In this document: one piece after another, positions 7,329 to 16,513 of the stretch
Layout: each line of letters begins with the position of its first letter
How positions within the stretch are numbered: position 1 is the first letter of the stretch
The notes under the pieces: model-generated
Database searches by the model: none
What the model was told of the DNA's origin: nothing
Seen by the model: only the letters and a program-made list of their open reading frames with translations
Assembly (NCBI GenBank): GCA_046758965.1
Contig: JBHIBG010000044.1
Coordinates: 1 to 20,865 of the forward strand
From: Candidatus Methylomirabilia bacterium
GTDB taxonomy: Bacteria; Methylomirabilota; Methylomirabilia; Rokubacteriales; CSP1-6
Reading direction: 5' to 3'
DNA length: 20,865 bases
Position numbers and translations under genes: made by a program

Positions 7329-9656
7329 ATGGGCCGCTTGATGGGATCTCTCGGGCTTGTCATGCTCCTCACCGTCGGACCGTCCGCTGCCCAGGCCCGG
7401 ACACCCGACTTCTCTCAGGTGGATGAGGCCGCCCTTGACGCGGTGACGGCTAAGGACGTCCCGGGGGTCGTGATCCTGGTTGGCCAGGGCGAGAAAATCC
7501 TGTACCGCAAGGCGTTCGGGTTCCGGAGCCTCATCCCCCGACGCGAACCCATGACGCCGGACACGATCTTCGACGTCGCCTCCCTCACCAAGGTGCTCGC
7601 CACCGCACCCGCGGTCCTTCTCCTCTGGGAGCGCGGCAAGCTGGAGCTGGACGCCCCGCTGGGACGGTACCTGAAAGAGTTCAGGGGGGATTTGTATCGT
7701 GGGATCACCGTACGCCGGATTCTCACTCATACGGCCGGGCTGCCGCCCCTACCGCCTCGTGCTGCCATGCGGAAAGGGTTCCCGCAGGCGGCGGGCGCGC
7801 TGGCCAGCGCGGGGCTCGACTACCCGCCTGGCCGAGGGTTCCGCTATAGTGACAGCGGGTTCATCCTCCTCGGCGAGCTCGTCCGTCGCGTGAGCGGCGC
7901 GCGGCTTGACCGCTTTGTGGCCAAAGAGCTCTTTGCGCCCTTGGGCATGCGCGAGACGACGTTTCGGCCGCCCAAGCGGCTGCGAGCCCGGATCGCCCCG
8001 ACGACAGTCGTCAAGAGCGGGCTGCTCAGGGGTCGCGTCCACGATGGCAACTCCCGGGCGCTTGGCGGGGTAGCGGGCCACGCCGGGGTCTTTTCCACCG
8101 TCGACGATCTCGCGCGCTTCTGCCGGATGCTGGTGGAGAACGGGCGGGCCCAGGGACGGCAGGTCCTCAAGCCCGGCACGATCCGGGCAATGCTCACTCC
8201 TCACGACACGGGCGAGGGGCTCCGCGGGCTCGGCTGGGATATGACCTCCCCCTTCGCCCGCAGGTTGGGTCTGTTCTTCCCGAAGGGCTCCTTCGGGCAC
8301 ACCGGGTTCACCGGGACGGCCCTTTGGATAGACCCGGCCAGCCAGACCTTCCTCATTATCCTGACCAACCGCGTACACCCCTACGGCGGCGGCGAGGTCA
8401 AGGAACTCCGAACGCGCGTGGCAGCTGCGGTGGGCACGGCGCTGTTCGCCTCGCGGCTCCCACGGCTGTCGGCGTCGGTTCCGAAGGCGCCGCCGGCCCA
8501 CGGGAAGGCGGGTGCGATGCCGCGAGGTCGCACCATGAGCGGGCTCGACATCCTGGCGCGCCAGGGGTTCGCTCCGCTGGTCGGGCGCTCGCTCGTGCTT
8601 GTGACGAACCGGACCGGCGTGGACGCTCAGGGCCGTCGGGGAGTGGATCTCTTCGCTCGGGCCCCTGGCGTGCGGCTCAAGGCGATCTTCACTCCCGAGC
8701 ACGGCCTGACCGGGGAGGCGACGGGCTCGATTCCCCACGGACGGGACGCGGCCACAGGGTTGCCGATCTGGAGCCTTTACGGAGACGAGCGTCGGCCCAC
8801 CGACGCCATGCTCCAGGGCGTTGACACCATCGTGGTGGACCTTCAGGATGTCGGCGTCCGCTACTACACCTACCTCACGACCCTGGTCTACCTCCTGGAG
8901 GAGGGAGCGCGCCGCAGGATCCCGGTGGTGGTGCTGGACCGCCCTAACCCGATTACCGGCGGTATTGTCGAGGGGCCGATCATGGACCCGGACCTCGGTT
9001 CGTTCACCGGGCCCCATCCGATCCCCGTGAGGCCGGGACTCACCATCGGCGAGTTCGCGAAGCTGGTCGTCGCCGAGCGCGGGCTTTCCGTCTCGCTCGG
9101 CGTGGTTCCTCTGGCCGGATGGTCGCGTGCCTTCTGGTACGATGAGACCGGGCTGCCGTGGGTCAACCCGTCTCCGAACATCCGGTCGGTCGCCGGCGCG
9201 CTCCTGTACGCCGGCGTGGGGCTCCTCGAGGCAACAAACCTCTCCGTGGGACGCGGCACCGAGGCGCCGTTCGAGCTCGTCGGGGCCCCGTGGATCGATC
9301 CGGTCGCGTTGGCCGACGCCATGAACGGAAAGCGCCTGGCCGGGATAGAGTTCCAGGCCGTACAGTTCACCCCCACGGCAGACAAGTACGAGGGGGAGCA
9401 GGTGGCCGGGCTCCGGTTCGTGGTGACCGACCGGGAGGCCGTGCGCCCGGTGACGATGGCGCTGGCGCTCGCCCGAGAACTCCGAGAGCGCCACCCGAGA
9501 GAGTTCCGTCCGGAGCTGATCCAGGCTCTTCTCGTGAACCGCGCCACCATGTGGGCGCTCCTCCGCGGCGAGCCGCTCATCCGGCTCATGGACGTCGCCG
9601 AGGCCGCCCGGATCAGCTTCATGCAGCGGCGCGCCTCGTACCTCCTCTATCGTTGA
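7329..9656 (+). CDS. namZ: Secreted serine hydrolase (beta-lactamase/AmiE-like) fused to exo-beta-N-acetylmuramidase NamZ (DUF1343)
   Basis: Signal peptide ending AQA; SxxK 'FDVASLTK', 'YSD', 'GHTGFTG'; NamZ motifs 'FTPEHG', 'DLQDVGVRYYTY', 'LDRPNP', 'WVNPSPNI', 'SVGRGT'. Confidence 0.9.
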   Translation: MGRLMGSLGLVMLLTVGPSAAQARTPDFSQVDEAALDAVTAKDVPGVVILVGQGEKILYRKAFGFRSLIPRREPMTPDTIFDVASLTKVLATAPAVLLLWERGKLELDAPLGRYLKEFRGDLYRGITVRRILTHTAGLPPLPPRAAMRKGFPQAAGALASAGLDYPPGRGFRYSDSGFILLGELVRRVSGARLDRFVAKELFAPLGMRETTFRPPKRLRARIAPTTVVKSGLLRGRVHDGNSRALGGVAGHAGVFSTVDDLARFCRMLVENGRAQGRQVLKPGTIRAMLTPHDTGEGLRGLGWDMTSPFARRLGLFFPKGSFGHTGFTGTALWIDPASQTFLIILTNRVHPYGGGEVKELRTRVAAAVGTALFASRLPRLSASVPKAPPAHGKAGAMPRGRTMSGLDILARQGFAPLVGRSLVLVTNRTGVDAQGRRGVDLFARAPGVRLKAIFTPEHGLTGEATGSIPHGRDAATGLPIWSLYGDERRPTDAMLQGVDTIVVDLQDVGVRYYTYLTTLVYLLEEGARRRIPVVVLDRPNPITGGIVEGPIMDPDLGSFTGPHPIPVRPGLTIGEFAKLVVAERGLSVSLGVVPLAGWSRAFWYDETGLPWVNPSPNIRSVAGALLYAGVGLLEATNLSVGRGTEAPFELVGAPWIDPVALADAMNGKRLAGIEFQAVQFTPTADKYEGEQVAGLRFVVTDREAVRPVTMALALARELRERHPREFRPELIQALLVNRATMWALLRGEPLIRLMDVAEAARISFMQRRASYLLYR

Positions 9657-9705
9657 GGGGCTGGCTCCGGAGTCCTCCGCCTCGCGTCGGGAGTGAGGGG
9701 TCTGC

Positions 9706-10698
9706 TCAGTCACGCTCGATGACCCGGAGGGCTTCCCAACTGCCTTCCCGGAGCGCTCCCCGCTGCGCTTTCGGAACCGTCAGTGTGGATGGGTCGCCCT
9801 CGCTCACAAATCGCTCCTCGGGGTGCCGCTCGAAGTAGCGGAGCCAGCGACCGATCTCAGCCTCCAGGGCCTGGATCCGCGGCAGCCGGTAGGGGTCAAA
9901 CCGCCGTGAGAACGGCGAGGGTGCGGGCCCGCCCGCCACCATCAGGATGGCGTCGTGCTGGTAGGTCGTGCCGTTCACGCTCCCCCAGACTGCCCATGCG
10001 AGCTCCCGAGGGTACGCCCCCATGGGGAGGGCGAGCGTCCGGAGTCGGTAGCCGGGGACGTGGCGCTGGATCCACTGCTGGGCCTGCGCGAGCTGACTGC
10101 GCACCGTGGTCTCGGGATACTTCGAGAGGTTGGCGTGCCAGAGGGTGTGGTTGCCGAGTTCGAAGCCGCGACTCACCAAGTACCGGAGCTTCCGCCCCTC
10201 GTGTTGGGGCTGGCCGAAAAGCCGGTGGGGCTGAGAGGCGCCCGGCAGCACGTAGAAGGTCGCGCGGAGGCCGAACTCGGGGTGGGTCCGGGAGAAGGCC
10301 TCCAGGATTCCCACGGCGGAGTCCGGATCGATCACCAGCCGGCCGTTCTCCTCCAGGTAACGGAACTGTCCCGGGGAGGAGTCATCAAACGTCAGAACCA
10401 CGGGGGTCGTCCCCGCAGGGACGGTGATGATCCCGTCGAGGAGCTCGGTGAGAGAGATGGGGCGGTAGCCCCGCGCCCAAAGTCGCTCGAGGTCCCGGCG
10501 AAAGTTGGCTGGCGTCCTCGTCCAGCGCCCTTCCGGCTCGGCGATCCTGTGGTACTCCAGGATCATGATGCGGCCCAGCTCGTTGGCGGGGCGCTCTCCC
10601 CGCGCAGAGGTGGGAAACCCCGCTACCGACACGGCCAGCCAGAGGGCCAGGCTGGCGGAACAGAATTGACGGGCGCGACCGGTCAGGGCTCGGACCAC
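9706..10698 (-). CDS. Exported polysaccharide deacetylase (CE4/NodB-like)
   Basis: Signal-like N-terminus; 'ILEYHRI', 'LTFDD', 'GNHTLWH', 'ALPMG', 'LPRI' CE4 motifs; start overlaps the upstream gene end (10683-10698). Confidence 0.88.
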   Translation of the reverse strand: MVRALTGRARQFCSASLALWLAVSVAGFPTSARGERPANELGRIMILEYHRIAEPEGRWTRTPANFRRDLERLWARGYRPISLTELLDGIITVPAGTTPVVLTFDDSSPGQFRYLEENGRLVIDPDSAVGILEAFSRTHPEFGLRATFYVLPGASQPHRLFGQPQHEGRKLRYLVSRGFELGNHTLWHANLSKYPETTVRSQLAQAQQWIQRHVPGYRLRTLALPMGAYPRELAWAVWGSVNGTTYQHDAILMVAGGPAPSPFSRRFDPYRLPRIQALEAEIGRWLRYFERHPEERFVSEGDPSTLTVPKAQRGALREGSWEALRVIERD

Positions 10699-12119
10699 GG
10701 CTCTGGGTCGGCCAGCTGAGCCTCTCGGCGAAGCGCCTCGACGGTGTAGCGATTGCGCGGGTTCCAGAGCATCCAGCCCTGAGATCCGGCGTCCTCGGCG
10801 CCCTTGATCTGAGCGCGCAGCTCCTTGACGCCGAACGGGCGTCGGTCGAAGGCGTAGTCGCGGAAGTCCTGGAGCCAGGGGCGGACCTGAACAGGGGCGT
10901 GGGCCGCGCGCTTCAGCATCAGCCTGATCGTGGCCCGGACCACCTCGTAGGGGTGCTCCACGGGATTCGGGTAGCCGGGGACGCCCCGATGGTAGCTCGA
11001 CGGGTAGACCATGGGGGAGAGGTAGTCCAGGTGGCGGGCGAGCTCTTCCACCCGCTGGCCGATCTGGGTGTCATCCGCGTTGAAAGCGATGTAGCCGAAC
11101 ACGTCGGCAGCCAGGAAGACACCTAGCGGGGCCAGCTCCCGCCGCACCCTGGCCAGGAACGTCGAGATGGCCTCGAGCCGGGCCTTCTGCGTGTTGGGCC
11201 TCGAGTACCGGGCCGCGCTCAGCTTGCCGTCGGTGGGGAAGCGGAGGTAGTCGAACTGGATCTCATTGAACCCCTTCAGGGCGGCCTCGCGCGCGACCGC
11301 AATGACGTACTCCCAGACCTCCTCCCGGAACGGATCCACCCAGGCCAGCTCTTCGTCGTCGATCCAGGGCTCCGCCGTCCGGGCGTCGAGAATGGCCCAC
11401 TCCGGCCGGTAGCGGGCCAGGAGATCGTCCTTGAACACCACAATCCGCCCGATGGTGTAGATCCCTCTGGTCTTGAGCCCCGCGAGCAGCTGCTCGAAGT
11501 TCTGGACGCGCACCGGACCCCGGGCGCCGGCCTCCACGGCCAGTGGAACCCGGGTCAGATAGGGGATGAACCCCCGGTCTCCCTTGACGTCGATCACGAC
11601 GGCGTTCAGCTCTGTTCGGTCCAGGAGCTCGAACACCCGCTCCCGCGTTCCCCGGTCACTGATCCCGTAGTAGCTGAGATACGCCGCCTTGATGGCGTGG
11701 GGCTTCAGGGTGACCGTGCTCCAACCCGCGCGGATCGGCATGCGCCTTGGCTTGTAGCCCGGAGCCTTGACGAGCGGCTTGGCATCCGGCGAGAACGAGT
11801 CGAGAGTGAAACGCCCGTGCGCATCTGTCATGGCTTCATACCGCCCGACCGAGACCGTTGCCCCGGCGATCGGGAGGCCGTGATCGGCATCCAGCACCAC
11901 CCCCCGGGCGGGCTCCGGCCACGGCTCCGGCAGAACGAGAGGGACGGGCGGAGGCCGTTGACCGTCCACCCAGGACTGAGCCGACGGGACCGGCGTGGCA
12001 CGCGGCTGTTCAGGGGCGAGCAGGAGATAGCCGATGAGGACAGCCAGGCTCAGCGTGCCGAGCGCTAGGCCGCTGTCCAGCAGGTGGCGGGAGATGGGGG
12101 AAACGCGCGGGCTAAACAT
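10683..12119 (-). CDS. Membrane-anchored putative glycoside hydrolase (DUF4015) with carboxypeptidase-regulatory-like domain
   Basis: N-terminal TM; 'GVVLDA..PIAGATV...TDAHGRF...APGY'; 'LNAVVIDVKGD', 'GRIVVFKD', 'EIQFDYLRFP', 'SPMVYPS', 'RPWLQDF', 'WMLWNP'. Confidence 0.88.
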   Translation of the reverse strand: MFSPRVSPISRHLLDSGLALGTLSLAVLIGYLLLAPEQPRATPVPSAQSWVDGQRPPPVPLVLPEPWPEPARGVVLDADHGLPIAGATVSVGRYEAMTDAHGRFTLDSFSPDAKPLVKAPGYKPRRMPIRAGWSTVTLKPHAIKAAYLSYYGISDRGTRERVFELLDRTELNAVVIDVKGDRGFIPYLTRVPLAVEAGARGPVRVQNFEQLLAGLKTRGIYTIGRIVVFKDDLLARYRPEWAILDARTAEPWIDDEELAWVDPFREEVWEYVIAVAREAALKGFNEIQFDYLRFPTDGKLSAARYSRPNTQKARLEAISTFLARVRRELAPLGVFLAADVFGYIAFNADDTQIGQRVEELARHLDYLSPMVYPSSYHRGVPGYPNPVEHPYEVVRATIRLMLKRAAHAPVQVRPWLQDFRDYAFDRRPFGVKELRAQIKGAEDAGSQGWMLWNPRNRYTVEALRREAQLADPEPWSEP

Positions 12120-12130
12120 CAGATACTTCT

Positions 12131-12160
12131 AGCTTACCCCCCCGGGTGGCGGGATAGCAA
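12131..12160 (-). promoter_or_regulatory. Sigma70-like promoter for the DUF4015-deacetylase pair
   Basis: Minus strand TTGCTA (12160-12155), 18 nt spacer, TAAGCT (12136-12131), 11 nt before ATG 12119. Confidence 0.4.
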
Positions 12161-12180
12161 AAGTTTCACTTTCGAGTACA

Positions 12181-13044
12181 ATGGGGCCTGTGAGATCCGA
12201 TTCCTCCTTCGCCTGCGCGGGTGCTCGACACCGCATCCTCGCCGGCAGCGGGCTTGCGCTTCACGCCCTTGAGTGGGGGACCCCGCGCGAGTCCGGTCTT
12301 CTCTTCCTCCATGGGGGGTCCGCCCACTGCCACTGGTTCGACGCCGTGGTGCCCGTCTTCGCTGACCGCTTTCACGTGGTCGCGCTGGATCAGCGAGGCC
12401 ACGGGGAGAGCCACTGGCCCGATCCGCCGGCCTACCGCACCGAGGACTTCTGCGCGGATCTCCGACAGGTTCTGGACAAGCTGGGCTGGGAGCAGGTGAT
12501 CCTCGTCGGCCATTCCATGGGTGGCCACAACGCCATGGCCTTTGCCGCCTGGCATCCCGAGCAGGTTCGCGGTCTCGTGATCGTCGATAGCCGTCCGGCG
12601 ATCCCGCTTGAGCGGCTCTTGGCGAGGCAGGCCAGGGGGCGCCGTGCCCTGCGGACGTACGAGAGTGCCGAGGGGGCAGCAGCGCGCTTCCGTCTCCTCC
12701 CGCCGGAGACGCTCGCTGACGCCGCGCTCCTTGACCATCTGTCACGCGCCGGCATCGTGGAGCGCGAGGGGCGCTGGGTCTATCGGTTCGATCCGGCCTG
12801 CAATGGGGCCCGCCAGCCCGTCGATGCCTGGCCGCTTCTCTCTCGCGTCGCGGCACCGACCCTCATCACGCGCGGCGAGTGGAGCCCCATCCTGCCCCGT
12901 GGGATGGCAGCCATGATGGCTGGGCGAATTCCCGGCGCGCAGCTCGAGGAGATCCCGGGCAGCTACCACCACGTGGTGTTGGATCGTCCGGTGGCCTTCG
13001 CCAGCGTTCTGGATCGCTTTATCGGCAGCCTGCCGCGTCCGTGA
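12181..13044 (+). CDS. Alpha/beta-fold hydrolase
   Basis: 'FLHGG', 'ALDQRGHGES', nucleophile elbow 'GHSMGG', C-terminal 'GSYHHV'. True start may be GTG 12190. Confidence 0.92.
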   Translation: MGPVRSDSSFACAGARHRILAGSGLALHALEWGTPRESGLLFLHGGSAHCHWFDAVVPVFADRFHVVALDQRGHGESHWPDPPAYRTEDFCADLRQVLDKLGWEQVILVGHSMGGHNAMAFAAWHPEQVRGLVIVDSRPAIPLERLLARQARGRRALRTYESAEGAAARFRLLPPETLADAALLDHLSRAGIVEREGRWVYRFDPACNGARQPVDAWPLLSRVAAPTLITRGEWSPILPRGMAAMMAGRIPGAQLEEIPGSYHHVVLDRPVAFASVLDRFIGSLPRP

Positions 13045-13081
13045 CAGGCCCCCCTCCGGGCTCGGCGCTCTCGAACGACGC

Positions 13082-14683
13082 TTATGCCGAGACCTTCAAG
13101 TACACGCCCGGCGGCACCAGACGGAACACGCGCACCGGGTCCGAGACGTTCCTCAGCCGCTGCTCACCCATGTCCTCCAGGACGTACTGGTGCTTGATCC
13201 GCTCGGCCGTTTCGGCGCCGACCATGATGTCGCCTCCGCTTGCGCGCTCGGCGATGCGCGCGGCGAGGTTGGTCGTCAGCCCGGAGGCGGTGAAGGTCCA
13301 GCGGCCGCCGCCCGAGATGTCCAGCTTTGTGGCCCCGACGAAGGCCGTGCCGCTGTTGATGCCCACGTGGATCGACACCGACGGGTAGATCCCCGCGAAT
13401 TCGCGGTTGAGATCGCCGAGCCTGGCCTGGATCTGGACCGCGGCTCCGGTCGCGTTGAGCGCGTGGCGGGACTGGCTTCCCTCGCTCTGGAAGATCACCA
13501 TCAGTCCGTCGCCGGCGGTCTCGTTGACGTCACCGTGGTGGGCGCGGATGATCTCCAGGAAGCTGGAGAAGTAATCCTGGATGAGCCGGTTCAGCCGCTG
13601 GGGCGGGAGCTGCTCGGAGAGCTGGGTGTAGCTCTCCATATCGAGGAACAGGACCGACACGTCCACCTCGCGCTTTTCGAGCTCCCGCGCGTCCGGGTTC
13701 CGCTCGAGCAGGCGCGTCACGGACTCGGGGACGAACTTGGTGAGCTCTCCTTTGATCTGCTCGAGCAGCTCGACTTTCCGGACGGACTCCTGCAGGTTCC
13801 GGAGCGCCTCGTTCAGCTCGAGGTTCTTGGTGGCCAGATCGTCGTAGGCGGTCTTGAGCCGCCCGGTCATCTCGTTGATGGCCATGCTGAGCTGCCCGAT
13901 CTCGTCTTCGGTCCGGACGCTGACCAGGGCGCCGAAGTCGCCGCTGCCGATGCGCCGGGCCGTTTCCATCGCTCTCCGGATCGGGGTCAGGACCACCTTC
14001 CGCATGAGCACGACCAGGCTGACCATGGCGCCGAGGATGGTCAGAAGCGCCACGCCGATCTGCCGGTTTCGGTTGGCCCGGAGCTCGGCCTCGAGCGTGT
14101 CGAGCGAGAGCGAGAGCCTGACGATCCCCCGCACCCGGTGGTCAGCACCGTGGCACCCTTGACACACCGCGCGGTTCCGGAGCGGGTGGAAGAGGGTCAG
14201 GAACCGGGCGCCGCTGACCATCTCGTATTGCTCCTGCGCCTCCATCGTCTCGACGGCCCGCCTGAAGAGCGGATGGGAGATGGTCTGCCCGGGCGCGCGC
14301 TCCATCTCTTTGATCCGCTCCAGCACCGTCGGATCGAGGCCGTAGATCCGGTCCACTTCCAGAACCGTGACCAGGTCGGAGAAGGCTTCCACGCCGTTTC
14401 GGCGGAACACATCGAGCTGCCTGACGTCCGTCAGCTCGGCGTTGAGATCGCGGATGAGCATCCGGATGATGTCCGGTCGTCCCTCCAGCATCCCGTTCTC
14501 GATGCTTCTGGCGATCGCGGAGGCGAGGAGGCGGGATGTCTCCCGATTCTGGCCGATCAGGGCGTTGGACTCCCGCTGAATGTTGAGGATCACCAGCACC
14601 CCGAAGCCCAGGACGAGGATCACCGCGATGAGCGAGATCACCTTGACCTGAAGGCGCCGCCTGAAGAAGTCGACGATCACCAT
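13082..14683 (-). CDS. Membrane class III nucleotidyl cyclase: TM - periplasmic CxxCH heme-c sensor - TM - HAMP - cyclase
   Basis: Two TMs flank a domain with CQGCH (14164-14150); HAMP 'GDF...DEIGQL..AINEM'; cyclase 'VLFLDMESYT', 'NETAGDGLM', 'HVGINSG', 'TNLAARI'; start ATG 14683. Confidence 0.9.
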   Translation of the reverse strand: MVIVDFFRRRLQVKVISLIAVILVLGFGVLVILNIQRESNALIGQNRETSRLLASAIARSIENGMLEGRPDIIRMLIRDLNAELTDVRQLDVFRRNGVEAFSDLVTVLEVDRIYGLDPTVLERIKEMERAPGQTISHPLFRRAVETMEAQEQYEMVSGARFLTLFHPLRNRAVCQGCHGADHRVRGIVRLSLSLDTLEAELRANRNRQIGVALLTILGAMVSLVVLMRKVVLTPIRRAMETARRIGSGDFGALVSVRTEDEIGQLSMAINEMTGRLKTAYDDLATKNLELNEALRNLQESVRKVELLEQIKGELTKFVPESVTRLLERNPDARELEKREVDVSVLFLDMESYTQLSEQLPPQRLNRLIQDYFSSFLEIIRAHHGDVNETAGDGLMVIFQSEGSQSRHALNATGAAVQIQARLGDLNREFAGIYPSVSIHVGINSGTAFVGATKLDISGGGRWTFTASGLTTNLAARIAERASGGDIMVGAETAERIKHQYVLEDMGEQRLRNVSDPVRVFRLVPPGVYLKVSA

Positions 14684-14687
14684 CGTC

Positions 14688-15377
14688 TCAGCGAGCGTAG
14701 GGGAGCGGATCGACCAGGCCGGCTTCGGCGAACGCCTTCCTCCGAAGCAGGCACGCGTCGCAGAGGCCGCAGGCGAGGGCACCCTGCTCGCTCGGCTCGT
14801 AGCAAGACCAGGTCAGCCCCAAGTCCACCCCCAACTCGTGGCCTTTCCGGATGATCTCGGCCTTGCTCATCCGGATCAGAGGGGTGTGGATCCTGAAGCG
14901 GCGTTTTCCTTCCACGCCGGCCTTCGTTGCCAGATTAGCCAGTCGCTCGAAGGCCTCGACGAATTCGGGCCGGCAGTCAGGGTACCCCGGGTGGTCCAGG
15001 ATGTTGGCGCCGAAGAAGAGATCGTCGGCCCCGAGCACCTCGGCCCACCCCAGCGCGTGGGCGAGGAAGATCGTGTTGCGGGCGGGCACGTAGGTGACGG
15101 GGATGCCGGAGCCGATCTCATCGCGGCTCCGCCCCTTCGGCACAGGAATGTCAGCGGTCAAGGCTGAGCCTCCGATCGGCCGGAGGTCGAGGGTCAGGAT
15201 CAAATGCTCCCTGGCGCCGAGGGCGGTGGCGACCTGTTTGGCCGACTCCAACTCCCGGGTGTGGCGCTGGCCGTAGGCGAACGAAAGGGCGTAGGGCGCG
15301 AACCCCTCACCCCGGGCGATCGCCAGCGTCGTGGCCGAGTCCAGCCCCCCGGAGAGGAGCACCACCGCCGTCTTCAG
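14688..15377 (-). CDS. queC: 7-cyano-7-deazaguanine synthase
   Basis: 'VLLSGGLDS', 'YGQRH', 'YVPARN', 'GYPDCR', 'TWSC...CGLCDAC'. Start placed at CTG 15377 ([M][10 protein letters not shown]); GTG 15365 is the alternative. Confidence 0.95.
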   Translation of the reverse strand: MKTAVVLLSGGLDSATTLAIARGEGFAPYALSFAYGQRHTRELESAKQVATALGAREHLILTLDLRPIGGSALTADIPVPKGRSRDEIGSGIPVTYVPARNTIFLAHALGWAEVLGADDLFFGANILDHPGYPDCRPEFVEAFERLANLATKAGVEGKRRFRIHTPLIRMSKAEIIRKGHELGVDLGLTWSCYEPSEQGALACGLCDACLLRRKAFAEAGLVDPLPYAR

Positions 15378-15381
15378 CCCG

Positions 15382-16053
15382 TCACACCCCCCGCCTGGCG
15401 CTCCACAGAAGGATGTGCAGACGCGGCGAATAACGAAAGCCGTGAGCCTTGCACGCCTCGATGACCCAGGGCGAGCGCTCGAGGATCTCCTCCCGGCGCA
15501 TCCCCTCGGGCATCAGGAGGATCCGCGCCCGAGGGAGGGCGAAGCGCTCGGCGAGTCTCAGCACTTCGGCCGGGTCGTCTTCGTCCACGACCACGAACTT
15601 CCACCACGCCCCGCGATCGAGGAACGCCCGGATCGCCTCGGGGTTGATCCGCCGGCCCTCGGCCACGCCTGAACCCGCAAGTTTCACCGAGACATTCCAC
15701 TGATCCACCGGCACAGGCGGGGGCGAGAGGATGCCCGAGGTCTCCACTTCGACGGTAAACCCGGAGCGCTTGAGCCCGTTCACCACGGGCACAAACAGGG
15801 CCGACTCCAGCGGTTCGCCTCCCGTGACCACTGCCCGGCGGCAGGGGAACGCTCGCGCCTGCGCCAGCAGGGCCTCCGGCGTCACCGGCTCTCCGCCCGC
15901 CGGATCCCAGGAGTACTTGGTGTCGCACCACCGGCACCCGACCGAGCAACCCTGCAGGCGTATGAAGACTGCGGGGAGACCCGCGGTCACGCCTTCGCCC
16001 TGGATGGAGAAGAAGCACTCGGTAATGTGGCCGGCCGTCGTCGCGGGCGTCAT
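15382..16053 (-). CDS. queE: 7-carboxy-7-deazaguanine synthase (radical SAM)
   Basis: 'FFSIQGEG', '[16 protein letters not shown]' (CxxxCxxC), 'TGGEP', 'VETSG', 'SPRLH'; ATG 16053 overlaps the queD stop (TGATG). Confidence 0.95.
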   Translation of the reverse strand: MTPATTAGHITECFFSIQGEGVTAGLPAVFIRLQGCSVGCRWCDTKYSWDPAGGEPVTPEALLAQARAFPCRRAVVTGGEPLESALFVPVVNGLKRSGFTVEVETSGILSPPPVPVDQWNVSVKLAGSGVAEGRRINPEAIRAFLDRGAWWKFVVVDEDDPAEVLRLAERFALPRARILLMPEGMRREEILERSPWVIEACKAHGFRYSPRLHILLWSARRGV

Positions 16054-16478
16054 CAGCGGGCGCGGGTGAGTTCGCTCCGGCAGGTCAGGCTCTCGGAGAT
16101 CACGAGCCGCTCCAGCCTGAGGCCCGCGGGGAGACCCCGGCCGATCGCCTCCCACGCCTCCCGAGTCAGCACCTCGGCCGTCGGGTTCCCGGGCAGCCGC
16201 ACGACCTTCTCGGGCGCCTCCGACTGCACGGCCTCGATGGCAGGAGCCAGAGGGTCTTCGGACCAGAGGAGGGTGGCGTGGTCCCACGGCTCTAGCACGG
16301 CCTTCTTCACCACGGCTCTCAGATCGTCGATGTCGACGACCATGCCCAGCCGGTTGAGCTGATCGGTGCTCACCGTCACCTCCAGCCGGTAGGTGTGGCC
16401 ATGCAGGTACGCGCACTTTCCCGGGTGGCCCAGGATCCGGTGAGCGGCGTCGAAGCCGAACTCTGTGGTGAGTTGCAC
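16053..16478 (-). CDS. queD: 6-carboxy-5,6,7,8-tetrahydropterin synthase
   Basis: 'FDAAH', 'CAYLHGHTY', 'WDHA', 'NPTAE' T-fold motifs; adjacent to queE and queC. Confidence 0.93.
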   Translation of the reverse strand: MQLTTEFGFDAAHRILGHPGKCAYLHGHTYRLEVTVSTDQLNRLGMVVDIDDLRAVVKKAVLEPWDHATLLWSEDPLAPAIEAVQSEAPEKVVRLPGNPTAEVLTREAWEAIGRGLPAGLRLERLVISESLTCRSELTRAR

Positions 16479-16513
16479 AAAACGCCTTGTAGGGAGCGAA
16501 ATTGTCGCTCACC

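Noticed and set aside
7749..9713. 654-aa antisense ORF (also 13190-14854, 18377-19768, 6440-7426 and similar)
   Set aside because: Shadow ORFs opposite well-supported genes, expected from high-GC codon bias; no recognisable motifs.
14688..16478. que genes as a defence or DNA-modification island (dpd, Qat, type IV CBASS)
   Set aside because: No dpdA/TGT, CD-NTase, TatD, ATPase or mobility genes; GC content and context look like core chromosome.
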